DNA of 64,000 bases, taken from NCBI RefSeq assembly GCF_036321535.1, contig NC_087436.1:94428001-94492000 (forward strand), in the 5' to 3' direction. Below the pieces are notes generated by a model that was not told the DNA's origin, made no database searches, and saw only the letters and a list, made by a program, of their open reading frames with translations. The first letter of the stretch is position 1; each line of letters opens with the position of its first letter. The stretch comes from Camelus dromedarius. Lineage: Eukaryota. Positions 1 to 14,219 of the stretch are shown one piece after another. The position numbers were made by a program, and so were the translations under genes.

Positions 1-1369
1 GAGTTAGAATCAAAAAGACTTGATGGGAGGTGAGGGAAGAAACAATGTTGACAATGTTTCTACCTTGGGCAACTTGGTGAAATGCATTTTTAGGGAATGA
101 TCTTGCCCTTTTGCTCTTAGAACTTAGAATTAGTGTTTAGTAAATGTTTACAATGTTAGTGATTAATGAATATTTAAAGTATTCCTGTAGTTTATTTTTT
201 AAAATATAATTGGATTTTGCAATTTGTTGCCTCTTTGGAAGGAATGGGATGTAATGCCTTCCATTAAAATAAGTCTGGATCCTAAAGACTGCACATGAAT
301 TAGGGTACTTAATTGATGCTTCTTAAGATTGTACTGAGTGTTTTGAGATGATGAAATATGAATTATGAAATATAAAGCTGTTAAGTAAAAAGTTTACAGA
401 TTTTTACTGTTTTCTTATTAAGAATATTGAAACGTTGAATTCTAGTGATGGATAATCTGGCTTAAAAAGTTGTGGTTATATATATAGCTTCCATCTGAAA
501 ATAGATTAAATAGCAGAAATACTGTTAACTATAAGTGGACATATAACTAAGTCTAGAATAAACATATAGTTAGAATATCCATTTGTTATTAGTTCTTCTG
601 GAAGTTAAATTTGACATACATATTAACCAATTTGAGTTAACCATTTTGAATTGAATTCCAGCAATTTAAACAATATTTCACTGTATTTTTGATAATTTTT
701 GTGTTCATTAGATGCTTATTTATGGGTAAATTTTATAAGTTCAGTAGTTTATTATTATACTACAGCAACAATGTTAAAATGTTATATAAATACAAAGAGG
801 GCTTAAAAGCAAGTAAAATCTCAGTCAGTGGAATTCAGAGATGTTTAGTCCATTCTATTCAGTTTTCAAGAATGGAACAAGCATTTTTTACAGTAGAACC
901 ATAATTTTAGAGTTAGAAGGATCCTAAAATAAATTTTGAAACTTCCTTTATTTCTCAGATAACAAAAGTTAGACCCAAAGTAGTCAAGTAATATTTACCC
1001 AGATCAGTCATAGAGCAGGTTAGTGGCAGAGCCAGAGCAATAGCCTAATGTATATTTTTATTTTTATAGCTGTTTTCTTCTAAGGAATCTAAACTAAGTA
1101 GAAGAAGAAGTTGTGAATTTCATTATGTAGTTGAAAACAGTGAAGTGAAAAGAGAAAGGAATCAATGAGAGCTTGGTCTTCTGCAGGGAGATATATATAT
1201 ACGACAGCATTTTTTTTTTAACATTAGAGAGAAACTATTGTGATGCTTTGAAACTTCCTTGAAAATTCTTAGACCATTTCTTTGGAAGGGCTAAGACATA
1301 CTTTTGTATTTTAGAAGTTTTAATTTCTGTTTTAAAGGAGCTGTGTTAAATATTTTTATGTCCAATCAC

Positions 1370-1720
1370 ACTGGCCTTCTGTCAGTTCCTTGAACATGCC
1401 TTGCTGATTGCTGCCTAGACAGAGTCCAAATTCGGTTGCCCATATATATCCTTCCTCTCAGTTTGTCATTCATTTGTTGTTCTTAAGGAAAGTTTCTTAG
1501 ATCCCCTATTATATATTCTTTTAATTCCTTCATATTACTCATTACAGTTGTGATATTACAGTTACACATATGGTTATTTGGTTTTTCTCCCTGGCTTCTC
1601 TGTAAGCTTCATGAAAACAGGTACCACATCTGTTTACTTTTGTATCTTCCCAGTGCCAAGTTTAATGCCTGACATATAGTTAGATGCTCAACATGTATTT
1701 GTTGAATAAATGAATGATTA
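1370..1720 (+). mobile_element. L2 3' end
   Basis: atgcctgacatatagttagatgctcaacatgtatttgttgaataaatgaatga terminus. Confidence 0.65.
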
Positions 1721-3157
1721 CTTTGTATTAATATTGGATTAGAGAAATATTTTTATTTTTGGAATTGAAGGCTAATTTGCAAATATTTTGAATTGCAATT
1801 AAGTACTTTACTTGAGATGACATACTAGAGATGATAATACAGGTATTTAGAATTTTAGAACTAAAAGGTAGTTTAGAGGTTATTTGATTTCATTCTAATT
1901 TTCCAGTTGAATAAACTGAGTCTGAGAGGTTGTGACCAATCCTAGACACATAAAGCTGAAAACCATCATTAACAGTTTTGTTATTTAGATAAGTTACAAA
2001 TATGTATTAATTGACAGCATTGTTAAAAACCATATAGAAGTAGGTTAGCTGTTTGGAAGGATAGCAAACATTTTAGTACCAATGTTACATTAAGCATCAA
2101 GATCTATAGTTCACTAATATTGTCTCTCCTGTTTAGGTAAGGATTCTGAAACTAATGCATGGGTCATGTCTGATAAGTTTTATAACATATTCAAAATACA
2201 TCTGTAAACAGTGTTGTACAAAGTTCCATTAAGTGCTTCTGCCCATAGTTTGTTACACACAATCTGTCTCAGATCATGTATTACAACAAAGCTATGTGCC
2301 ACTTACTTTTGTTTCTTTCTTTCTTGCTAGTTTGGAAGTGGGAGACTTTGATAAGCCTCGATTTTTAGAGGAAGAGATAGGGAAGATGAAATTTGTTTCT
2401 TATATCCATTTCTTATTACCTGCTCTCACAGTTCAGTGCCCCACACAGTTCTCTAGCTACGACTCCATACCTGAATCTACCATATTCATTCTGTCAGAGA
2501 ATCAAATCAGAGTACTATCTTGGTGCTAAGAGTTAGGAAAGATTAAATAATAGGGTTTTATTTTTCTGAAAATGTCCCCCATTTTTCTCCCACCAGGTGT
2601 TACTTCTGCGTTTGCTTTGTATTTTTCTGTAATCCTTTTCTTTGTTTCAGCCACTCTCCCTCTCTCCCACACTCTTACTTCTGTTTTCTATGGTCTGGCC
2701 TATTGGATAGTTTAGTAGGAATTAGGGTGTGGTGGGCTTAATTTAGGTAGGGCATCTCCCTTTTCTCATCAAACCTAGGTTGGAAGAGGGGCTGAATAGA
2801 TTAGGGGCAGGAAGGCCATGAATTCTTTCCTTTCCTTCCCTTCAGGTGGACCCCAGAAATACTTAATTTGGTTTTGATTATTTTCACATTCATAAGTGAT
2901 TTTTATTTATCCCTAATTGCTACATAGTATGTTAAATTATACATATAATTCAATATGTAATTTCAATTCTGAATTTTGTTTATATATTTGATTTTAATAT
3001 TTGTATTGATGCAGATGTTTCTACTAAAAATTTAAAAATTAGATGAAGAGGCAAGATTTCTTAAAATGAAGTCCTCACATATAGCCAATATACATTTGTG
3101 AAGTAATGCTTAGCACAGCACAATTCTTATTTTAGGCTTCCATTTTTGTAGAGGAAC

Positions 3158-4166
3158 TGTTCTGGTTATCAGTTGCTGTGTAATAAACTAGCCCTAAACC
3201 TAGTGGTGTAAAACAGCAACTTTTAAAACATTTATTACAGTAAAATACATACAACATAAAATTTACCATTTTAATAATTTTTAGGTGTGTAGTTCAGTGG
3301 CATAAGTACATTCACATTGTTGTGCGGTCTCATCACTGTCTACCTCCACAATGCTTCCATCATCCTTAACTGAAACTCTGTGCTCATTAAACTGTACCTC
3401 TCTATTTTCCCCTTCCCCCAGCCCAGGCAACCACCTTTCTGGCTTTCTGCCTCTATGAATTTGACTACTCTGGGAGCCTCATATAAGTGGGATCATACAA
3501 TATTGGTGTTTTTGTGACTGGCTTACTTCATTTAACACAATGTCTTTGAGGTTCATCTATATTGTAGTATGTGTCAGAATTCACTTCCTTTTTAAGGCTA
3601 GATAATATTTCATTGTATGTATATAACACCTTTTGTTTATCCTTTCATCCTTTGATGGGCACTTGAGTTACTTCCACCTTTTGCCTTCTGTGAGCAGCTT
3701 TTCTTATTATCTTAGTGTTTTGTGGATCAGAAATGAAGGCAGGGCTTGGCTTGATTATTCTACTCCACAGTGCTTACTGGGCTCATTCAGTGGTACTCAA
3801 CTGGTGATTAGACTGGTCTATAATATACATACTGGCTTCTCTCAAACACTTGGTGCCTAGGTAGGAAGAACTGAGCGACTGGACTTAGCTGGACCCTTTT
3901 TCCTGTCTGTGATGTAGTGTTAGGGCTTCTCCACATGGTCTCTCCAGCAGAGTAGTTATGTTCAGGGTTCTAAGACACCATGGAGGAAGTTGCCAGTACT
4001 TTTAAAGATGATTCAGAATCAGCAGGGGCACTTCTACATTATTCTTCTACCTTACTTTACTGGTTAAAATAGTCATAGTCCAGGTCACATTCAAGGGAGA
4101 AAAATCCAACCTACTTCTCAATGGAAGAAGTAGGAAAGAATTTGTAGCTGTCTTTAATCTACCACA
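3158..4166 (-). mobile_element. MLT1-type (ERVL-MaLR) solo LTR interrupted by an L1
   Basis: TG...CA ends, 5-bp TSD ggaac/ggagc, typical MLT1 motif gttgctgtgtaataaac...ctagtggtgtaaaacagcaac. Confidence 0.8.
3225..3692 (-). mobile_element. Old L1 (L1M-type) 3' end nested in MLT1
   Basis: Classic L1 3' UTR motifs (tttgtgactggcttacttcatttaac); TSD agcaactttt/agcagctttt. Confidence 0.85.
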
Positions 4167-4330
4167 GGAGCGCTCATGACAAGTCAAAGCATACTAACTC
4201 TACACTTTGTAGTTACATCCATACGTTTGAGAAACATTTACTCTCAAAAATAGCAGTATATATTTGCAGCTAATTTGCTAGATTAGTAAAATTTATTTTA
4301 AATACTGTAAGAAAAAAGTTGGGAATTTTT

Positions 4331-4881
4331 TTTTCTAGAATGTAACTTTTATTTATTTATTGTTTTGTTTTGTTTTTTACATTTTTTTATTGAGTAATAG
4401 TTATTTTACAATGTTGTGTCAAATTCTAGTGTAGAGCAGTTTTTCATACATGAACATGTATATATTCATTGTTACATTTTTTTTCACTATGAGCTACCAC
4501 AAGATCTTGTATATTTTTCCCTGTGCTATACAGTATAATCTTGTTTATCTATTCTGCATTTTAAAATCCCAGTCTGTCCCTTCCCACCTCCCACCCCCTT
4601 GGCAACCACAAGTTTGTATTCTATGTCTATGAGTCTGTTTCTGTTTTGTATTTATGTTTTGTTTTGTTTTGTTTTGTTTTGTTTTGTTTTGTTTAGATTC
4701 CTCATATAAGCGATCTCATATGGTTTTTTTCTTTCTGTTTCTGGCTTGCTTCACTTAGAATGACATTCTCCAGGAACATCCATGTTACTGCAAATGGTGT
4801 TATGTTGTCAGTTTTTGTGGCTGAATAGTATTCCATCGTATAAATATACCACATCTTCTTTATTCAGTCATATGTTGATGG
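4331..4881 (-). mobile_element. Young lineage-specific L1, 5'-truncated
   Basis: Exact 17-bp TSD aaaagttgggaattttt at 4314-4330 and 4882-4898; closely similar to the copies at 18835 and 28397. Confidence 0.92.
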
Positions 4882-5024
4882 AAAAGTTGGGAATTTTTAA
4901 TGTGCTAATTAGGGGGAAATTATGGGGGAGGCTCATGATTTGATTGTAGAACCTGTTTCTTACATTATTTGAATTTTTACTGGAGAGTATTACCAGCTGA
5001 TCATAATGATGCTTTCTCCCACCC

Positions 5025-7545
5025 TTTTTTTTTTTTTTAACTATTTCAACTTTTTATTTTGAGACATTTCAGACCTCTAGAAAAGTTGGAAAAATTATAC
5101 CTTCAGCACTTATATTCCTATATCCCTTCACTGAGATTCACCAGCTGTTAACATTTTGTCACTTTTTCTTGTTTTTATGTTTCTCCAGCACCCCCACCCC
5201 ACCCCCCAACACACATAGAGGGAAACAGATGTATCACACTTCTTTGAGAGTTATTTGCAGACACTAAGTAGTAGTAGACATTCTACTTTTGAATGCTTCA
5301 ACAATCTTCCTAGAACAAGAGCATTCTCCTACTTTATCACAATTATCATTATCATACTCAAGAAATTTAACATAGATACAGTAATATCTATTGTACTGAC
5401 AGTAAAATTCCCCATTACCCTAAGAATGACTTTTTTCCCTCCTCTATCCAAGTTCCAATATGGGAACACTTGCATTTGTCATGTCTCTTTCATTTCCTTT
5501 AATCTAGAAAGTCCTTTAATCATTTTTGGAGGGGCAGGGGAGGTGTCATTCATGACGTGACAGTTTTTGAAGCATTTGTCTTATAGGAGTTCCATAATCT
5601 GTTTTGTCTCATTTCCTCATATTTAAATTTAGATTGAACCTTTTTTAGCAAGTATGCTATACAACTGATGTTGTTTAGTTCCCTTTGCATCATTGTATCA
5701 GGAGACATATAATATCATTTTGTCCTCTTGGCTAAGCTAAGTTTGATCACTTGGGTATAGTTGGCCAACTCTCTGCATTGTAAAGAGTTTGTAATTAATA
5801 AGTAATGGTCAAAGTAATAAATAGTTTGTAAGAGTAGCTTGTTTTCCAACAACTCTTACTCAGCTGTTTTAGCATCCACTTTTAGATTTGTTCGCAGTTC
5901 TTTCTGTCCCATTAAGGTTGTATAGAGAACCGTGCCTGTTACTTGAATTTGAATTCTTTTGCCTGAGTGGTTATCCGTTTTTATATAGTTAGTTTATTTT
6001 TTTCTGTTTGTATTCAATTATGTGTATTTGTTGACTCTTTTCATTTCTACTGACAAATATAATTTTTTTTTTGGTTAAATGTGGTAAGAAAAAAAAGCAC
6101 GATTTACCATCTTTGACATTTTTAAGTGTACAATACAGTGGTGTTAACTATATTTTCAATACAGCAGATATCTAGAATGTTTTTATATTGCAAAACTGAA
6201 ACTCTGTACCCACTGAAGAATTCATCTCCTCCTCAGCCCTTGGCAAACACCATTCTACTTATTTCTAAGAGATTGACTACTTATAAATGTGGAATCTGTG
6301 GTATTTGTCTTTTTGTGACTGGCTTATTTCACTTAGCATAATGTCCTCAGGGTTTATCCACGTTGTAGTATATTTGACAGGATTTCCTTCTTTTTAAAGG
6401 CTGTATAATATTCCACTGTGTATATCTACCATATTCTCTTTATCCGTTAATCCATAATGAAAATTTAGGTTGCTTCCACCTCTCAGCTATTATGAATAAT
6501 GCTTCAATGAACGTGGATGTGCATATGTCTCTTTGAGATCCTGTTTTCAATTCTTTTGGACACATGTTGCTGAGATTGCTGAATTATATAATAATCCTGT
6601 TTAAAAATTTTTGAGGAACCCCCCTCATACTGTTTTTCATAATGGCTGCACCATTTTACATTCTCACCAGTAGTGGCCAAGGGTTCTAGTTTCTCCATAT
6701 CAATGGTTATTTTCTGTGTTTTTGATAGCGGCCATCCTAATAGGTATGAGGTAATATCTCATTGTGGTTTTGATTTGTATTTCCCTGATGATTAGGGATA
6801 TTGATCATCTTTACACGCTTGTTGACCACTTGTGTATTTTATTTAGAAAAATGTTTATTCGAGTCTTTTGCCCATTTTTTAATCAGGTTACTTATTTTAT
6901 TGTTGAGTTGTAGGAGTGCTTGTATTCAGTTTTAGGGATTACTCTGTTCATTCTTTTTATTTAATTTTGCATAGTTCAAGAGTCAGAACTATAGAAAAAC
7001 TTAGACTTCTGAGAAGTCTAATTTCCATCCTTATCCCTTCTTCATTTCCACATACCTACTCACTGTAGATAATCATTTTCATTAGTTTCTGGTTTATCCT
7101 TTCTCTGCTCTGCCCTTACTTTTGAAAAATAGACTACTATATATACTCGCATGTACTTTGCTTTTTCACCCAGTGTATCTTGGAAATCACACCATATCTG
7201 GAAATCTTTTTTTATTCTTTTTCATAGTGTTACAGTATTCTAAGTATAGATGTACCATAGTTTATTCAACTAGTCTCATTGTTGATTTGAGATTGCTTGT
7301 AATATTTTGCTATCAAAAATAATGCTAAAGTGAATAAGCTTGTTCACATATTCTTGTGTATTTGTGGAAGTGTCACTTTACCTACTCCTAGGTAAATTCC
7401 TAGGAGTGGGATTGTTAGGCCAAAGAGTGAATTTATGAGTGATTTTGTTGGAGGTGGTCAAATTCTACTCCATATGGATTGTATTATTTTATTCTTCCAC
7501 CAGCAAGTATAAGACTGCACAGCCTCTCAATACTGTATCATCAAG
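5025..7545 (-). mobile_element. Cluster of old L1M fragments, with a better-preserved L1 3' end at about 6065-6920
   Basis: L1 3' UTR/ORF2-end motifs (ctcattgtggttttgatttgtatttccctgatgattag); boundaries approximate. Confidence 0.7.
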
Positions 7546-9859
7546 TAATGCCTACTTTTAAAATGGCAAATTGGCAAATTAATATGTTGCAAAAAAAAGC
7601 CATTGTATTGCCTCATGACAGCAAGAGTTCTTTATGAAAATGATTAAATATAGTGCTGTGTTGAAGTTCAGAGAGGTAAGAACCCTATTTAGATTTCCTT
7701 AAAAACTCAAAAGGAATTAGTGATTTTTTTTTAGTTTGTTTAAAAAAATGAAGGTGGGGTGGAGATGAAGACAAAATTATTGTAACATAGATAATGTTGA
7801 AGTCATCAAGCCTCACTTAGGGCTTAATTCAAGATCTTGAGTTTAAAAGAAATTAGGTGAAGGCTTATTAAAAATCATACATGAATAAACGGCATTGACA
7901 TGTAGAAATAGCAGTGCCATGATTTATTTTCCCAGTATCAGAAATCTGTAGGTGTCCAAAGGAAAAAACTAATTGGTGCTCACAGTAAGTTTAAGGACAT
8001 TTAATGAATTTTGTTTCTGGTAGCTTCTGTTTTCAGAGTTAATTGTTCAATTTAAATACTACTTTGGCTGAGATTGTTGGCATACGGAAGTATGTCCAGT
8101 TGAGTTCCCTGGTCAGAAAGATAAAATGAGTGTAGTTTATAGATGATATAAAAGCCTAACAAATTTTTATTTGCTGAAGACAACAAATAGAGAAGTTTCT
8201 AGGTAACTGTTGCAATAGAAAGCTGAACGCAAACGTAACAAAGGAGTTTATTAAATTTCTTTCCCTTGCTGTTGGCATTTGGTCTTTTGCATTAATGCAG
8301 AGCTTCCCAACTCGTATGCTTCTACACAGTTAGAGGAATGCCTGAATATAAAGTTCCTCTCATTTGGACATTGCAGATATTATATCGTTTTTTGTATATT
8401 ATGTAATATTTAAAAGTTGGGAACTGTCATATATGTGTTGTTTTTTATGTTATAAGATTATCATTAAGATCAAACACTTAAAATTTTCTGTCAGAGTAGG
8501 GGCACTATTATTGGTGCTGATAAAACTAGTCCTTAAATAGCATGAGTCCCTTAGAAGACTGGATTTATACTAGAAATAACATTGGAATGGATTTTGTTTA
8601 TATGAAGGATATTTGAGATGATCATATAACTTATCGTAGTTAAATGCCAGTTGTATGCTAGGATTGTATCTGTTTCTTTGGATAAAGAGATACTAAGAAT
8701 TTTGGTGGTCAAAAGTTTCACAGGAAAGGTGACAGTTGGACTGAGAGTTGAAGGCTTAGACTTTGGTAAGCAAAGAGGCTGCAGAACATTACAAACAGAT
8801 GAATAGCAGGGACAAAGACTGAGAGGCAGAAGTGTGCTTGGTGTGTCTGAAGAAAATAAGTAGAATAATTTTGCTAGAGCTAAAGCATCTTAGAGAGTAG
8901 TTGGGAGAAAAAAGAGGAAGATACCAATGAAATTGTTAAAATCTTTAAATGCCAAAGAGAGGAATTTGAATTAAAAAAACAAAAAACAAAAAACCTCAGA
9001 GCTGAAGAGTGATGTGTCTAAGTTGTGGTTTTGCATGATCAGCAAAGCTAAGTGACCAAGGAATTTCTTAAGCACATGAACACCACCTTTTCTTTGATGC
9101 CAATTTGTGGGATCTTTTTATCCTCAAGTCCAGACCAGATAGCATTTTGATTGAACAGTAATTCATTTCTAATTGATACTGTCTGAATGAATCTGTTAGT
9201 TGCTAAGAGTTTAGTCATATGACACTAAGGAAGGCTGTGGAAGAGTAAAATTTAAGAGTGGTTAGTAGAATTTTACGTACTAGATTATTACAACATGAAC
9301 TGGATTTTTATTATATATATTCAATGCATGTTTTTCCAAAATTTCCTAATATTTCTATGGTAGGAATTCAAATAAACATTAATAGTAATTTGATGCCAAA
9401 TTATTTTGTTTAATACTTGAAAATTTAAGTTCAGTGGCCATGTGTAATTTCCTGTGTTTGTTAATTGAATATCTTTCATCTAGCCACTGTAAAGTAAGTA
9501 GAGGTGAATTTCTCATCTGCAAAAAGAAAATCATGGAATAAGTGTTTAACTTAAGATTCATAAAGAGTCAATATATATAAGAAGACTACTTTGTTTCTGC
9601 CAGAAGTTTAGAAAATGGTTTTCTTGAAGTATATACCTAAATAGCTTTGAAGAAAGTGATAAAAATCATCAGGCAGTAATAAAATGAAAATTACTCTTGG
9701 AAGTAATGTTATATAATTGTATCTACTGTATTCAGTTCTCATCCTTTAGTTGATATCTTATCAGTTTTTTTTGGATTATAACGCACTGCTGCTATCTCAG
9801 TTGTTTCTATTTTTCTATACTTCTTTCTTTATTGTTCAGTTGTTAGTGCTTTCTTTTTA

Positions 9860-10440
9860 ATGGACTTATTTTTTTAATAGCAGTTTTAGTTCACAACAAA
9901 ATTAAGTGGACAGTGAAGTTCCCAGCAACCCCACCCCATCTCCTCCCTATCACATCCAGCACCAGATTGATGTTTGTTACAATTGATGAATCAACATTAA
10001 CATGTCATCATCACCCAACATCCATATTCCTATTTTTAAATTTTCATTAACCAATATAGCATGAGTACATCCATTTCATTAAGTAATCCTTTAAAACATA
10101 TATATATATGTATGTATGTATTTTTTTAGGAATCTATTTAGAAAAGTTTTAGTTTCACAACAAAATTGAGAGGCAGGTATAGAGATTTCCCCTATATCTC
10201 CTTATCCCACACATGTATAGCCTTCCCTTACCAATATCACTCATCAGAATGGTACATTTGTTACCAACAATGGACCTACACTGACATACCATAGTCACCA
10301 AAAGTTCATATTTTAATTTAGGGTTACTTTTGGTATTATATGGGTTTGGACAAATGTGTAATGACACATATCCATCATTATAATAACATTTTCACTGCCC
10401 TAAAAATCCTCTGTGTTCTGCCTATTTATCCCTCCTACCT
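9860..10440 (-). mobile_element. Old L1MC/MD-type 3' fragments
   Basis: ttttagttcacaacaaaattaag and tttgttacaattgatgaa motifs each occur twice; boundaries approximate. Confidence 0.6.
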
Positions 10441-10493
10441 TCCTATATATATTTTTTTAGCATGGAAAATCCCAAATGTTTGTTGTTTATGTA

Positions 10494-13066
10494 CCAACAT
10501 AACCCAGAAGTATTGTAGGTTTGGTTCTAGACGACTACAATATAGTGAATATCAAAATGAAGCAGTAATGAATTTTTTGGTTTTCCAGTGCATATAAAAA
10601 TTATGTGTACACTATACAGTTGCCTATTAAGTGTGCAGTAGCATTATGTAAAAAATGTGCATATTTTAATTTTAAGATGCTTTATTGCTAAAAGATTCTA
10701 ACCATCTGAGCTTTCAGCAAGTCACAATCTTTTTGCTGGTTGAGGGTCTTGCCTCAATGTTGGTGGCTGCTGATGACAGGGTGATAGTTGCTGAAGGTTT
10801 GGGTGGCTGTGAAAATTTCTTGAAATAAGACAGTGAAGTTTGTCATGTTGATTGACTCTTCCTTTCACGACTCTTTTCTTTCACAACTCTTCCTTTCATG
10901 AACGATTTCTTTGTAACATGCAATGCCGTTTGATAGCATTTTACTCACAGTAGAACTTCTTTCAAAATTTTGAGTCATTCCTCTGAAACCCTGCACTGCT
11001 TTATTAACTAAGTTTATGTAATATTCTAAGTCCTTTATTGTATTTTCAACAAGCTTTATAGCATCTTCACCAGGAGTAGATTCCATCTTAAGAAACCACT
11101 TTGTTTGGTCATCCATAAGAAGCAGCTCCTCATCTTTGAATATCATAAGCTTGCAGCAATTCAGTCATATCTTCATACTCCATTCTAATTCTAGTTTTCT
11201 TACTATTTCTACTACATCTGCAGTTATTTCCTCCACTGAAGTCTTGAACTTTTCAAAGTCTTTCATGAAGGTTGGAATCAGCTTCTTTCAAACTCCTGTT
11301 AATGTTGTAATTTTGACCTCTTCCCATGAGTCACCAGTGTTCTTAATGGCATCCAAAATGATGAGTCCTTTCCAGAAAGTTTTCAGTCTACTTTGTCCAG
11401 ATCCATCAGAGGAATCACTATCTATATCAGCTTTGGCCCATGAAATGTTAATATTGTCTTAAATAATAAAACTTGAAAGTCAGAATTACTCTTTGACCCA
11501 TGGGCTGCAGAATGGTTTGTTAGCAGGCATAAAAACAAAATTAATTGCATTGCACATCTTCAGAGCTTTTTGGGTGACCAGGTGCATTGTCAACGAGCAA
11601 TAATGTTTTGAAAGTTTTTTTTTTTTTTTCTGAGCAGACAAGCTCAAGAGCGAGTTTAAAATATTTAGTAAACCATGTTGTAAACAGATGTGCTGTCATC
11701 TAGGCTTTGTTGTTCCATTTATAGAGCACAGGCAGAGTAGATTTAGCATAACTCATAAGGTCCCTAGGATTTTCAGAATGGTAAATGAGCATTGGCTTCA
11801 CACTTAAAGTTGCAAGCTGCATTAGCCCCTAACAAGACAGTCAGCTTATCTGTTGAAGCCAAGCATTGACTTTTCTGTAGTTATAAAAGTTCTACTTGGC
11901 ATCTTCTTCCAATAGAACGCTGTTGCATCTGTGTTGAAAATATGTTGTTTAGTGTAGCCACCTTCATAACTATCTTAGCTAGAGCTTCTGGACAATTTGC
12001 TGCAGCTTCTAAAATCAGCACTTGCCGTTTCTCCTTTCCTTCATGTTAGGAGACAGTTTCTTTCCTTAAACCTCATGAGCCAACCTCGTCTAGATTCAGA
12101 TTTTTCTTCTGCAGTTTCCTTTCTTCTCTCAGCCTTCATAGAACTGAGAGTTAGGACTTTCCTCTGGATTAGGCTTTGACTTAAGGGCATGTTGTGGTTG
12201 GTTTGATCTTCTATTCAGACCACCAAAACTTTCTCCACATTAGCAATAAGGCTATTTCACTTTCTTATTATTCATGTGTTCACTGGAGTAGCACTTTAAA
12301 TTTCCTCCAAGAACTTTTCTTTTGCATTCAGAACTTGGCTAGCTGGCACAAGAGACCTAGCTTTTGTCCTGTCTTAGCTTTCCACATGCCTTCTGCACTG
12401 AGCTTAATTATTTCTAGCTTTTGATTTAAAGTGAGCAATGGGCTACTCTTCCTTTCACTTGAAGGCTTAGAGACCATTGTAGGATTATTAATTAGGCTAA
12501 TTTCAATGTTGTATATCAGGGAATAAGGAGGTCCTAGGAAAGGGGGGGGGGTCGGGCAGCAGCCGCCTGTTCCTGAAGCAGTCAGAACATACACATTTAT
12601 TGATTAGATTCATAGTCCTGTATGAGTGCAGTTTGTAGCACCCCAAAACAATTACAATAGTAACATCAGAGATCACTGATCACTGATCACTGTAACAAAT
12701 ATAATAATAGTGAAAAAAGTTTAAAATATGGCTAGAATTACCAAAATGTGACAGAGAGACATGAAGTGAGGAAACACTGTTGGAAAAATGGCACCATTAG
12801 ATTTACTTAACACAGGGTTGGCACAAACCTTCAATTTGTTTAAAAAAAAAAAATATCCACAAAGCACAATAAAATGAAGTGCAATAGTGGGGGGAAGGTA
12901 TAGCTCAGTGGTGGAGTGCATGCTCAGCATGAACAAGGTCCTAGGTTCCCTAGTACTTTACATTAAAAAATAAATAAACAGATAGATGTAGATAGATAGA
13001 CCTAGTTACCACCACACCCCAAAAAACAACAAAAAAAGTGAAGGTCAGTAAAATGAGATACGCCTG
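10494..13066 (-). mobile_element. Full-length Tigger1 (TcMar-Tigger) DNA transposon with decayed transposase
   Basis: Both termini are recognisable and flanked by TA. Minus-strand fragments SERKSSPLLTLNQKLEIIKLSAEGM... and [25 protein letters not shown]... match the Tigger1/TIGD1 transposase N- and C-termini. Length is about 2.4 kb after removing the nested SINE. Confidence 0.92.
12889..13036 (+). mobile_element. tRNA-derived SINE (camelid vic-1 type) nested in the Tigger1 terminus
   Basis: GGGGAAGGTATAGCTCAGTGGTGGAGTGCATGCTCAGCATG A-box head, A-rich tail, degenerate duplication aaatgaagtgcaata / aagtgaaggtcagta. Confidence 0.85.
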
Positions 13067-14219
13067 TATTGCTTATGTTCTTTATAGAAGTTAGAACTAT
13101 TATCCTCTTAACGTTTCCTGATTTGAGCTTTTCTTGGTTGGCCAAGGTAGAGCTCTGAGTACCAAATTTACCCATTTTAAACAGATGAAGAAGATTTTAA
13201 ATCTTGAAGATAATTAGCATGCTCTAACCTAGATTAGCAGTTCTCAAATTTTTAGAATTCTTTAATTTCATCTGGTGTTTTAATTAATACTCAGATACCT
13301 GGTAATTTCTCCCTCCCCTGAGCTGATTAACAGTTTAGAAGTGGGCTCAATTTCTGCATTTTTTCCCTCCCCCCCCCCTTTTTTTCCCTCATTTTAAATA
13401 AGCCCTTCAGGTGATCTTGATACAAAGAATATGTGCTGAGAATCCCAGAAATTTATTTTACTTTCCTTATTGCTAAATTTCCTATTAACTGTTCTCAAAA
13501 ATTTTGTTTAAAAATGACTTGTAAAATTAGTTATAGGATGTTTTACAGTAAGTTTAAATTCTGCCCAGAAACAAACTTTATTCCCCAATTATTTTAAACT
13601 TAGCTCTATCCTGAAAACATCTGAATTTATTTGGAAGGCATGCAACTATATATACCATGACCTCTTTTACTTTATCTGGTGACAATCTATTATTTAGAAC
13701 TCTATTAATCTACATTTCTGTTACACAGTTTAACTAGTAGTTTTTAAAATGTAATTTAACAAAAGTAGTCTATAAAATTAATGGCTTACAAGCACTTGCA
13801 TTTGGGGTTATTTACTTATGAAAGCAGACATTCTGGGTTTCCAAATGAAATCTCATTCCATCCTGGTCTTCCTAATTTGAGCTGACTGTTACAAATACAG
13901 TATGTTGGAATTTTTTAAAAATTCAAGTTGAATTGGAAGTATGTGTAAATTTACTAATGAGAGTTTTACTTTTTCCAAAACAGGAGGGTTGGTAAACATT
14001 GATCTGTTTTGCATTTTCAATAGTGTGTGGTATTCCAAGACTAATCATTCTTATTTACATATGTGATGTGATTCCTGCCAGACTTCTGAATTATTAAAAA
14101 TAAAATACTTTTGTGGCTTTATTATTTATCGCTTTACTTTTAATTATTTGCAAATTGGCAGTGCTTGAAATATAATTAATTAGAACATTTCAAATAGTAA
14201 ATTGCCCTATCCCCTAGTA

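Noticed and set aside
10865..12594. TIGD1-like domesticated transposase gene
   Set aside because: The frame is fragmented by stops and frameshifts and sits inside a complete Tigger1 with both termini.
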